Below are positions 37,452 through 49,089 of a stretch of 64,000 bases of DNA, one piece after another. The DNA is taken from assembly GCA_030390025.1 (NCBI GenBank), contig CM059432.1, positions 79,362,001-79,426,000 of the forward strand. The letters run 5' to 3'. A program made the translations under genes and the position numbers. This DNA is from Squalus acanthias. Its lineage: Eukaryota. Positions within the stretch are counted from its first letter, which is position 1, and each line of letters opens with the position of its first letter. Under the pieces are notes generated by a model. That model worked only from the letters and a program-made list of their open reading frames with translations, was not told the DNA's origin and did not search any database.

Positions 37452-38400
37452 ATGGCAGGGCAGCTCAGTGCCGTGGAGTGCACCTCCTGTGCCATGTGGG
37501 ATGTCCTGGACACTTTGCGTAGCCTGGATGACTACATGTGCAGGAAGTGTCACCAGCTACGACAGCTCGAGATCCATGTTTCAGAGCTTGAGCGGCAGCT
37601 GGAGTCACTGCGGTGCAACCGCGGGGCTGAGAGTTACGTGGATAGCACGTTTCTGGAGGTGGTCACCCCGCAGCTGAAGAGTATGCAGGCAGAGAGGGAA
37701 TGGGTGAGCGCCAGACAGAAGAGGAGGACCAGGCAGGTAGTGCAGGAGTCCCCAGAGTGCATCTCGCTCTCCAACCAGTATTCTGTTCTGAGTACTGGTG
37801 GGGGCGATGGGTCCGCTGGGGAGTGCAGCCAGAGACAAGTCCACAGCACCACTGGTGGCTCAGCTGCACAGGGAGTGAGGAAAAAGAGTGGAAGAGCAAT
37901 AGTGGTAGGGGATTTGATAGTTAGGGGAGTAGACAGGCATTTCTGTGGCTGCAGACATGACTCCAGGATGGTATATTGCCTCCCTGGTGCCAGGGTCAAG
38001 GATGTCACTGAGCGGCTGCAGGACACTCTGAGGGGGGAGGGTGGACAGCCAGAGGTCGTTGTCCATATCGGTACCAACGACATAGGCAGAAAGAGGGATG
38101 AGGTTCTGCAGGCAGAGTTTAGGGAGCTAGGAGAGAGATTAAAAAGCAGGACCTCAAAGGTAGTAATCTCCAGATTACTCCCGGTGCCACGTGCTAGTGA
38201 GTACAGGAATAGGAGGATAGAACAGATGAATGCGTGGCTGGAGTAATGGTGCAGGAGGGAGGGCTTTAGATTCCTGAGGCATTGGGACCGTTTCTGGGGA
38301 AGGTGGGACCTGTACAAGCTGGACGGGTTACACCTCAACAGAGCCGGGACCAATATTCTTGCGGGGAGGTTTGCGAGTGCTGTTGGGGAGGGTTTAAGCT
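37452..38400 (+). pseudogene. CR1 ORF1 (Zn finger/leucine zipper plus SGNH esterase)
   Basis: CTSC...CRKC, IVVGDLIVR, CLPGA, HIGTND, then DGLHLN after a premature stop at 38244-38246. Confidence 0.85.
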
Positions 38401-38504
38401 AGCTTGGCAGGGGGATGGGTACCAGCATATAGGAATAGAAAAGAGGAATAAGGTGCATAAAAGTGTGAGTGTGTTGGATAGTACTAGAGAAGAAAGTAGT
38501 ACTG

Positions 38505-39955
38505 TGAAGGAAATAGCCATATTCCAAGAAATACATCATCCTATAAACAGATTTGATAATATTAAAACATGACAAACTGGGGTTAAAAATCTAAAAGCCT
38601 CAACGACACAAGCCGTAAAACAGAAATACAGGCTTCTGAGATAAAGATCAGTTGTTAACAAAGTGTAAACATCACAAGCTTTGAAATGGGAAATGTTTGT
38701 AAATACAAAGACATGGCCCTATTGAAACAGCAGGCTGGAGGTTCCTCTATGTCTGAACATTGGAACCAACACAATGGAATGACCCAAGTAAAGTGTCAAA
38801 ATCTAACACGTCGAACAGTTGCACAGAACATTAAAAAAAACAAGTGCCTTTGAAAAAATGACATCAAGTAAAAGAAATACCTGCTGTAAAATAGTTTTAT
38901 GTTAAACTTAGAACAAGGAGACATGGTTCTTAATATAACCAATTGAAGTAAATAAGAAATGCAAAGAACACCCTAGATGAAGTGTTTTTGAATTACAAAT
39001 TGTCAAAAGTACCTACAGAGAGACTTTGTAGATATTACATCAATAGATGACACCAAGCAATTACATTGTGTTTGTATTGAAAATGGAATAGTTAGGAGAC
39101 ACGACGTCTGGCTTACAAGCAGTTAAGAGATATTAAGAATTCAATAGAAAGACTTCCTAAGAATGGCATCAAATAGATAAATCAATAATAACCATAAAAA
39201 TGATAAGTTTTTGAACACCTAAAGGTAGAGACACAAGTCTGGTTGCAACAGTTGAAATGACAATAAGAATAGAAAACAATTCAATAGAGTATCACTAGAG
39301 ACAATTAGCTTACATCAGCAGAATACTTCAAAGAAAATACCACTAAAGAAAAGGATAAAAATAAGAGCTTTTCAGATGAAAAGTCAGAAGTCACTGAAAG
39401 GGCAAGCGTTTCTCAACTTCACAGGCATTAACAACTCTGAGTCTCGGGTAATCAAGGTATTTGATTTTGGTGGATATTCTGGATTAAGAAATAAGTAGAA
39501 GTGTGGAAATGTAACGAAGTTAAGATTTGAGAATAAGGATCTCTGATAAGAAATGTAAGCTATTTGTATTTTGAACGATTAAAGTTGCGATGCCATAACA
39601 GCTGTTAACTTAATGTCGGTTCTTTAATAAATCTATATATTTTTAGAATTGTCTCAGAGTATTTCTGTATAAACTCACAAACTCAATTTCTGTATACTCA
39701 AAGGAGTTGCAGAATTCTGGGGGGTATTCTGGACCCTCATAATATCCGGAAGGTTACAGTCTAGTTAAACTTATTAAAAGTGCTATCCAGAAGACGGTAA
39801 CATCTTCACGTCGTTCCTTTCCTTTAGGGAAAGGTAGTCTGACCTTTAGACCCAATTAAGCGTCTTATACAATTCGGCTATCTTTAACTTTAGTTGAGGA
39901 ATATGCCTGATCTGGGGTAGCCTGAAAAGGGCTAGGACTTGTAATTATCCCTTCA
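38505..39955 (+). mobile_element. Solo LTR, about 1.45 kb
   Basis: TGAAGGAAATA...TATCCCTTCA inverted termini; flanks GTACTG / GTACCA; AATAAA near 39626; interrupts otherwise contiguous CR1 sequence. Confidence 0.72.
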
Positions 39956-42900
39956 GTACCATATTAGATAGGAGCAGACTAAGAAAGACTACGAAAAATT
40001 CAAAAATGCGTTTAGAATGCATGTACATAAACGCACAAAGTGTGGTGAATAAGGTTGGTGAGCTACAAGCACAATTAGTTGTGTGGCAATATGATGTTGT
40101 GGCAATAACGGAAACGTGGCTTAAAAACAGTGAGGACTGGGCACTTAATATTCAAGGGTACAGAAAAGATAGGGAAGGAAAAAAGGGAGGTGGGTGGCAG
40201 TGCTGATTAAGGAAGACATTATAGTATTGGATTGGGAGGATGTTCTTGAGGGGACAAGGACAGAATCCATTTGGTTAGAGTTGAGGAGCAAAAAGGGTAT
40301 GATCACGCTATTGGGGGTATTCTATAGGCCTCCAAATAGTGAGAGGGAGGTAGAGGAGCAAATCTGCAGGGAAATCACAGAGATATGTAAGAACTATGGA
40401 GTGGTGATATTGGGGCACTTTAATTACCTAAATATTGATTGGGATAATGCTAGGGTAAAGGGAAAGGAGGGGGAGGAATTTCTGAAATGTGTTCAGGAGA
40501 ATTTCCTTGACCAGTATGTTCTTGGCCCAACTAGGAAGGAGGCATTGCTGGATCTGGTGCTGAGGAATGAGGTGGGCCAGGTCGACCAAGTGTCTGTGGG
40601 AGAACACTTGGGTACGAGTGATCATCGTATCATAAGATTTAGATTAGCAATGGAGAGGTGCAAGGAACAATCTAGAGTGGAACTTCTAAACTGGAATAGG
40701 GCTAACTTCAATGGGATGTGAAAGGATCTAGCCAGGGTAAAATGGAACCAAAGACTGACAGGAAAAACTGTAACGGAACAATGGGTGATCTTTAAGGAGG
40801 AGATGTTCCAAGTACAGGCTAGGTACATTCCAACAAGAGGGAAGGGTAAGGGAACCAAAGCAAGGGCTCCTTGGATGATGAGGGAGATAGGGAAAACGAT
40901 GAAACAAAAAAAGAGGGTGTATGATGTATGTCAGGTGAATTCTTCATGGGAGAACCAGACCAAATGCAATAAGTTGAGAGGGGAAGTGAAGATGAAAATA
41001 AGATTGGCAAAGAGAGAATATGAGAGTAGAATGGCAGTTAACATAAAAGGGAACCCAAAAATCTTCTACCGGCATGTAAACAGTAAGCAGGTAGTAAGAG
41101 GCGGGGTGGGGCCTATTAGCGACAAAGAAGGTGTTATATGCTTAGAGGCGCAGGGCCAGGCTAGAATACTCAATGAGTACTTTGTATCGGTGTTTACTAA
41201 GGAGGTGGATGCTGACAAAATATCAGTAGCAGTGGAAAAGGTAGAACCAATGGAAGGGGTGAAAATTGATAGACAGGATGTACTAGAAAGGCTGGGTATG
41301 CTTAGAGTGGATAAGTCGCCTGGTCCAGATGGCTTGCATCCCAGATTGCTAAGGGAATTGGGGGAGGAGTTAGCGGAAGGGCTTGCCATAATTTTCCAAT
41401 CTTCCCTAGATGTGGGGGAGGTGCCTGAGGATTGGAAAGTAGCAAATGTGACACCATTGTTCAAGAAAGGGTGTAAGGACAATCCTAGTAACTACAGGCC
41501 AGTCAGTGGGTGGGTAAAGATTTAGAAACAATAATCAAGGAAAAAATTAACAGGCACTTGGAGAGGTTTAATCTAATTAAGGAGAGCCAACACGGATTTG
41601 TAAAAGGCAGATCATGTTTGACTAATCTAATTGAATTTTTTGATAAAGTAACAGGGAAGATCGATGAAGGGAATGCAATGGATGTTGTCGACATGGATTT
41701 TAGGAAGGCGTTTGACAAAGTACCACATAGAAGACTGGTTAATAAAATTGAGGCTCATGGAATAGGTGGGTCAGTGGCAGCTTGAATAAGGAATTGGCTT
41801 AAGGACAGAAAACAGCAAGTTCTGGTAAATGGCTGTTTTTCAGACTGGAGGATGGTAGACAGTGGTGTTCCCCAAGGGTCAGTGCTGGGGCCACTGCTTT
41901 TGTTGATATATATAAATGACCTGGATATTGTAATACAAAGTAGAATTTCTAAATTTGCCGATGACACCAAACTTGGGGGTGTGGCAAACAGTGAGGATGA
42001 TACCAATCGACTGCAACAGGACATAGAAAGGCTAGCAGAATGGGCAGACAAGTGGCAGATGGAATTTAATACAGAGAAGTGTGAGGTGATGCATTTTGGC
42101 AGAAGGAACAGGGAGAGGCAATATACACTTAATGGCACAGTTTTAAAGAGTGTGCAGGGACAGAGAAACCTGGGAGTTAATGTGCATAGGTCTCTGAAGG
42201 TGGCAGGACATATTGAGAGAGTGGTTAGCAAAGCATATGGGATCTTGGGTTTCATAAATAGAGGTATTGAATACAAAAGTAGAGAAGTTATGCTGAATCT
42301 TTATAAAGCGCTGGTTAGGCCACAACTGGAGTATTGCGTCCAGTTCTGGTCACCACACTTTAGGAAGGATGTGAAGGCCTTTGAGAGGATGCAGAGGAGA
42401 TTTACCAGAATGGTTCTGGGGTTGGGCGATCTTAGCTACAAGGACAGGTTGGAGAAGCTGGATTTGTTTTCATTAGAGCAAAGGAGGTTGAGGGGTGATT
42501 TGATAGAGATGTACAAGATTATGACAGGTTTGGATAGGCGAGAAGGGGAAAGGCTGTTCCCACTAGTTGATGGTACAAGGACTAGGGGACACAGATTTAA
42601 GGTTTTGGGCAAGGGATACAGGGGGGGATGTGAGGAAAAACTTTTTTACGCAGCGAGTGGTGAAGACCTGGAACTCGCTGCCGACGGAAGTGGTGGAAGC
42701 GGAGACACTCAATGTTTTTAAGGGGAGACTGGATAGGCACTTGAGGGAAATAAACTTGCAGGGCTACGGGGATAGAGCGGGGGAATGGGACTGACTCGAT
42801 TGCTCTGCAGAGAGCCGGCACGGACTCGATGGGCCGAATTGCCTCCTTCCGTGCCATTATGACTCTATGACATAAATACTGTGGCAACAAGAGGTCAGAG

Positions 42901-43519
42901 GCTGGGTATTCTGTGGCGAGTGTCTCACCTCCTGACTCCCCAAAGCCTTTCTACCATCTACAAGGCACAAGTAAGGAGTGTGATGGAATACTCTCCACTT
43001 GCCGAGATGAGTGCAGCTCCAACAACACTCAAGAAGCTCGACACCATCCAGGACAAAGCAGTCCGCTTGATTGGCACCCCATCTACCACCTTAAACATTC
43101 ACTCCCTCCACCACCGATGTACCGTGGCTGCAGTGTGTACCATCTACAAGATGCACTGCAGCAACTCGCCAAGGCTTCTTCAGCAGCACCTCCCAAACTC
43201 ACGACCTCTTCCACCTAGAAGGACAAGGGCAGCAGGCGCACGGGAACACCACCACCTCCAAGTTCCCCTCCAAGTCACACACCATCCTGACTTAGAAGTA
43301 TATCGCCGATCCTTCATCGTCGCTGGGTCAAAATCCTGGAACTCCCTACCGAACAGCACTGTGGGAGTACCTTCAGCCCACGGACTGCAGCGGTTCAAAA
43401 AGGTGGACCACCACCAACTTCTCAAGGGCAATTAGGGATGGGCAATAAATGCTGGCCTTGCCAGCAACGCCCACATCCCATGAACGAATAATAATTTTTT
43501 TTTTTAATCCAGGACATGA

Positions 43520-45440
43520 CACTTTTCTTAATCAATGCCCCTGCCAGTCACATCTTAGAAATTTGTTTGTATTTTTTGAAGAAGTTACCAAGATGATGGA
43601 TGAGGGAAACCCAGTAGACATTGTCTACTTAGACTTCTAAAAAGCTTTTGACAAGGTACCGAAGCCTCCAGCATCAATGGTAATATGTTGAGCTGAATTG
43701 ACAACTGTCTGGAAGGCCGTAGGCAGAAAGTAGTTATAGATGAATTTAGATCTGCTTGGAGATCGGTTGCCAGTGGTGTCCCACAGGGATGTGTGTTAGG
43801 ACCATTGCTCTTTGCTATTTTTATTAATGAGTTAGAAGTAGGTGTTGGGGAACGAGTTTTCAGATGATATTAAGATTTGTGAGAGTGCCAGGACTGTAGA
43901 TGATGCTTGACTGCTACAGGAGGATCTAGATGTGTTGGGGGATTGGGCTCAAGGCTGACAAATGATGTTTAACTTAGAAAAGTGCAGCGTTTAGCATGTG
44001 GGCAGGGAGCATGCTGAACATACATACCCTTCAGGGAATAGTACTAAAGCTGGTGGAGAGATCTGGGTGTTCTAGTACATAGATCTCTAAAGGTTCACAA
44101 ACTATGTTGTGAAGCGATAGCTACAGCAAATAGAGTGTATTTATAGGACAATTAACTATAAGACAAAGGGGGAAAAATTCAGCTGCTTGCGCCTCCCGTT
44201 AGCGCCTTAAGAGGGCGCTAATGGGGCGTAAAGCAGCTAACGCCCGGGCGCAGCGCCGCCCACGCCTCCCGAAAAATTTAGTGGGAGGTTAGCGGCGGCG
44301 GCAGCCGGTAGCGCCGCGCCGCCGGCGATGACGTCATCGCCGTGCGCAGCACCCCACTCGCGCCCCGGCCGTGATCTTCAGTCGCGCCCCCTGATTTACC
44401 GCCAGACGCTATGTCCGACGGGTTCAGGGAGGCGTACGTGCGGCCGGGGCGGCGATATTTAAAGGGGAGGTGGCAGGCGGCCATTTTTGTTGCTGGCCGC
44501 CTGCCAGCACCTGCCCCCGTTGCTGTCCCCGGCCCCCGTGAAGCCCCCCCACCGTGAAGTGCCGAGGGATGCGGGGTGCTTCCAGTTGCGCCCCGCTTCC
44601 CTCTTGGGGCGCAACCACTGAAGTTCCGGCGCGGGGCCGCTAATTTTTTCGGGGCGCTAAAAGTCGCGCCCCGGCGAGGTTAGCGCCCCAAATGGGGCGC
44701 GACTCAATTTTTACCCCATAGTATGTTATCTTTTCCTTGTAGAAGACCATGGTTAGGCCTCAGTGAGAATACTGTGTCCAGTTTTGGTCTCCTCACATGG
44801 TGAGTGATATTGAGGCTTTGGAAAGGGTGCAGAGGAGGGCCACAAGGTTAATTACCAGTTTGAAGTATCTTAGTTATTAAGATGGACTAAAAGAGCAAGG
44901 ACTCTTAGGGGTGATTTGATCGAGGTTTATATGATGATGATAATAGATAATGCTCGAGTATACAGCTTGCTTCAACTAAAAAGGTTAGGGAGGACCAGTG
45001 GGCACAATTTCAAGTTATACAAAACCAGAACTAGGTTAGATGTCAGGAGGTGGTTCTTTTCCCAGATAATAGTGAACCTCTGGAACAGGCTGCCAGCTCG
45101 TGCGGTGAGCACCGACTCGCCGATTTCTTTCAAGCGAGAGCTGGACCGGTTTCTGGTTGGGGTGGAGATGATCTCGTACAAAAGGTAAATATCTGCATGA
45201 CATTAATCATGGCCTGGACTATTTTTGATTGCTTAAGAGGAGAGGAATTTCCCAGATTCGCCACCGATCCCCCGCCCCCCAAATTGGCCTGGGTTTTTAT
45301 CTGGTTATTTCACCTCTCCCAGGAGAACACATGGTTTTCGGATAGGGTGGGAAATGCATATTTACTGATGCACAAGGCAATACAGTCGTGTGGGACAGGC
45401 TGAATGGACCAGAGGGTGTTTTCATGTCCGTATGACTCAG
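43520..45440 (+). mobile_element. Old CR1 LINE RT to 3' end, interrupted by a MITE
   Basis: FFEEVT...DIVYLDF*KAFDKV, GVPQG, YCVQFWSP, RRWFFSQIIVNLWNRLP. Confidence 0.8.
44169..44717. mobile_element. GC-rich Harbinger-type MITE
   Basis: TIR-like GGGGAAAAATT / AATTTTTACCCC; repeated (G)TTAGCGCC / GGCGCTAA subterminal motifs; CpG-rich, so probably young. Confidence 0.8.
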
Positions 45441-45444
45441 TATC

Positions 45445-45830
45445 GGCACTCTCCACCATCGGCATACTGTGGCTACAGTATGTAGTATCTATAGAATGTA
45501 CTGTAGCAACTTACCAAAGTTACTTCTACAGCACCTCCCTCCTCTATGACTTCTAAGAAAGAGAAGGACAAGCACAGCAATGTTGTAGGAACACTATAAT
45601 TTCCAAGTTCCCCTCCTTGTCACACATCATCCTAACTTAGACATATATTGTGATTCCTTCATCTTTGCTGGGCCAATATCCTAGTATTCCCCACCGAACA
45701 CCATCATGGGAGCACCATCACAAGGACTGCAGCAATTCAAGAAGGTCCTCCACCACCTTCTCAGGGCAACTAGGGATGGACAATACAAGTGGCCTTGCCA
45801 GCATCGCCCATGTCCCAATATCAAAATAAA
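45445..45830 (+). mobile_element. Old 3' end of LINE family T
   Basis: Degenerate match to 43100-43490. Confidence 0.7.
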
Positions 45831-45839
45831 GCAACTCAA

Positions 45840-47090
45840 TAAGCAGCTGCAACTGGAAGGCGGCAGTGGGAGCAGATAGCTGAAACGGTCACTGCTAGCA
45901 GTCTTACCCCAGGAACTGGATCCAGTGCCAAAAGAAGTTTAATGACCTCACACGGGTGGTCAAGGTCAGTGAATGCATCTTCAAATGTCATATCCTACCA
46001 ACTGCACCACTAGCCTCACACACCATTCAATGCACCACACCCCCATCACTCAGCTACCAACAATCTCCATCAATCACGACTCATACCTCACAATCATTGC
46101 TTCACCTCACCCTTACACTCTTACCACTGCTGCAAGCCTCACACCCACATCTCTCACCTTGCATACACTGCCAGCTATTCAACAATGACAGGCACATTCA
46201 CTGACACACTGCCCTTTCTCTTGCAGACCAAGGTGGCGCGTATCAGGAGACAGCAGCAGCTAACCGGCGGGGGACAGGCACGGCTGCATATCCTGACCCA
46301 GCTGGAGGAGACCATGCTAGACATCATTGGAGGGGCAGTCAGAGTCCGTAGCAATCGGTGAGGCTGAAAGCATTGATGATGATGGTATGCCCATACCTAA
46401 TCCTCCTTCTCACATCCCACTTCCCCCTCATCCCATAATCTCTTCTCACTTACAAGCTGCTGATGGTGTAAGCAAGCACATCTTGCTTCCCTTCCCCATC
46501 CCCACCCCCGTTCCCTTGTGCCTTTCTCCTTTCAGATACCCAAGAACTTCAAGCTTCCCAGCCAGTGCAGGAACAAGGAGAATGATGGGGAAAAAGAGAC
46601 ACTGTCACTCGATCTGACACTCGCAGGCACCACGCATACTTTAGAGGGTAGTATAGAGGCGGGATCTGCAAGTGGTGAGTCACCAGGCATGAGTGGCCTG
46701 CAGCAAGAGCAAGGGGAAAGGATAGCGCAGGTACCAGCTCACCAGAGGGCGAGGTTACACGAGTTCTGCTGCAGAGGACTCAGATGAGGACTTCGATGGG
46801 GTGGCCTTCAGAAGGGTGATGAGCATGCACACAGAAATGCTTGGTGCATTGGCAGGCCTGCCAGAGCCTGTTGTCACTGTCAAGGAGCATGGAGGACTCC
46901 GGCTCCAACCTTGCACAGAGCTTGGAGCCCATGATTTCCAGGATGGAAGTAATGCGCAACTCCAGTAGAGCACTTGTGGACCCAACCATGATGCTGGGTG
47001 TGATGGGCGATGTCTCAGCTTCCATTGCAGCACAAGTGGAAGCAACCCAACGTCGGAGTGCTGCAGTGGAAGCTCAGCCTACTGTCATGC
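45840..47090 (+). mobile_element. Second PIF/Harbinger Myb/SANT-like pseudogene, three exons
   Basis: RRQWEQIAETV...WIQCQKKFNDLTRVVK|GT (45964); AG|TKVARIRRQQQLTGGGQARLHILTQLEE (46227-46384); AG|exon 3 from 46536. Confidence 0.72.
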
Positions 47091-47429
47091 AATGTTACTG
47101 GACTAGAAATCCAGAGGCCTGGACTAATGAGTGAGTTCAAATCCCACCACGACAGCTGTGGAATTTAAATTCAGTTAATTAATTAAATCTGGAATAAAAA
47201 AGCTAAGACCATGAAACTACCAGATCATCATAAAAACCCATCTGGTTCACTAATGTCCTCTGGCCTATATGTGACTCCAGACCCACAGCAATGTGGCTGA
47301 CTCTTAACTTCCCTCTGAAATGGCCTAGTTGCCACTCAGTTGTGTAAGGCAGCTCACCACCTTCTCAAGGGCAATTAGGGATGTGGCCTTGCCAGCAACA
47401 CCCACATCCCGTGAATGAATTAAAAAAAA
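47091..47429 (+). mobile_element. SINE sharing both its 5' tRNA-like head and its 3' tail with LINE family T
   Basis: 47091-47343 matches the reverse complement of about 58650-58932; 47346-47429 matches the LINE 3' UTR (AAGGGCAATTAGGG...CCCACATCCCGTGAATGAAT). Confidence 0.85.
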
Positions 47430-48315
47430 TGGAATAGAAAGCCAAGTTTGCCGATGACAGAGATAGGCGACATTGTAAACAGTGAAAATGGAAGCATAAA
47501 ATTACAAAGATACATTAAGCAAATGGATAAAACTGTGGCCAATGTAGGCAAATGAGGTCAATGTTAGGTCTTTGGACCTAAAAAGGATAGAACAGAGTAC
47601 TTTCTAAATGGTGAAAAGTTAGAAACAGTGGAGTCTCCAAAGAGACTTGGGGTCTACGTACATGGATCATTAAAATGTCATGGACAGGTACAGAAAATAA
47701 TCAAAAAGGCTAATGAAATGCTAGCATTTATATCGAGAGGACCAGAATACATGGGGGTAGAAGTTATACTGCAGCTAGACCACACCTGGAGTTCAGTTCC
47801 AGGCACCACAACTGAGGAGGGATACATTGGCCTTGGAGGGAGTGCAGCGTAATTTACCAGAATGATACCTGGACCAAGGGTTAAATTACGAGGAGCGATT
47901 ACAGAAACTAGGGTTGCATTCCCTGGAATTTAGAAGGTTAAGGGGTGATTTGATTGAAGTTTTCAAGATATTATGGGGAACTGATAGGGTAGATGGAGAG
48001 AAACTATTTCTGCTAGTTGGGGAGTCTAGGACTTGGGGGCATAGTTAAAAAATTGGAACCAGGCCTTTCAGGAGTGAAGTTAGGAAACATTTCTACACAT
48101 AAAGGGTGGTAGAATTTTGGAATTCTCTTCCACAAACAGCAATTGATGTTAGGTCAATTGTTAATTTTAAATCTGAGATTGATATTTTGTTAACCAAAGG
48201 TATTAAGGGATACAGGCCAAAGGCAGGTATATGGAGTTAGGTCACAGATCAGCCATGATCTCATTGAATAGCGAAATAGGCTCGAGGGGCTAAATGGCCT
48301 ACTCCTGTTCCTAAG
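47430..48315 (+). mobile_element. CR1 LINE 3' fragment
   Basis: KFADD, RLRGDLIEVFK, WNSLP, 3' UTR ending CCTACTCCTGTTCCTA. Confidence 0.82.
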
Positions 48316-48375
48316 TTTTCCCTCCCCTTTTTCCTTCACTCTTGATGGGAAAGCAAAATTCCACCCCAAGGCAAC

Positions 48376-49089
48376 TGTCGAAGTTTCGACTTCCGAGTAA
48401 GACTCTTTAAACATAAAGTATCGTCAAAGAAAGGTTTTATTAATTTACTTGCTGCAAGGAGGGTGCACCAGTCAAATTCGGCTATGATGACACCCTGCAA
48501 ATACAAAAACTGCTACAAATTTATACACAGAAAAATACAAGCTTCCTATATTACATGACATGGTAATAAATCATTAATTGACAGCATAGTGCCTATAAAA
48601 ACAAGTTAAGAGTATTTGTGTATACATAAAAGGACTTTCTAAAGGTCATAAAGATTTAAAACAGCAGAAATCCCTTGAGATAAGGCTAGCTAAATCCCTT
48701 CTAAAGGGGGGAACGTGTGATTTCTCCCACCACACCATCTAGAATTAAAGGGAGATAGTGAGTCACACTATGGCCTTGGTTATCTTAAGCTCGTTAGAGA
48801 GAGACTTCTTTGTTCTACAAACCTAAGTTATTTATTGGGGGCAATTATAACAGTCTACAAACTGAAATGCCTTCATTAGGTTGAAACTATAAACAATTGG
48901 CTAAACTTTCTAACAGACATTGTGTAGGCCATTTTAGATTTTATATTCTGTCTTAGGAAGCCATTTTGTGTCCAAGAAGCCATTTTGTGTCCAATTAAAA
49001 ATACACTTCCACACAACAAAGCCAAGATTAGAAACTCACCATGCTGCGAATCATTAGTGCATACCTGCATCCTTCTGCTCCATATCGCA
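48376..49089 (-). mobile_element. Solo LTR, about 714 bp
   Basis: TG...CA ends (minus: TGCGATAT...CTTCGACA); minus-strand TATAAA (about 48520) followed about 95 nt later by AATAAA (about 48426); imperfect flanks GGCAAC/GGAAAT. Confidence 0.62.

Larger units (their letters stand above)
36930..42871 (+). mobile_element. CR1-D: full-length LINE with a solo LTR inserted between ORF1 and ORF2
   Basis: 5' monomer array; ORF1 37452 to about 38400 (Zn finger plus SGNH esterase, one stop); ORF2 40006-42794 with frameshifts; tail TATGACTCTATGAC. Confidence 0.92.
36706..43505 (+). mobile_element. LINE family T 3' part (36706-36929 plus 42872-43505), split by CR1-D
   Basis: ...AACTGGACCAGCCAC | ATAAATACTGTGGC... 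rejoins the frame. 3' UTR GGGCAATTAGGGATGGGCAATAAATGCTGGCC...CCCACATCCCATGAACGAAT. Confidence 0.88.
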
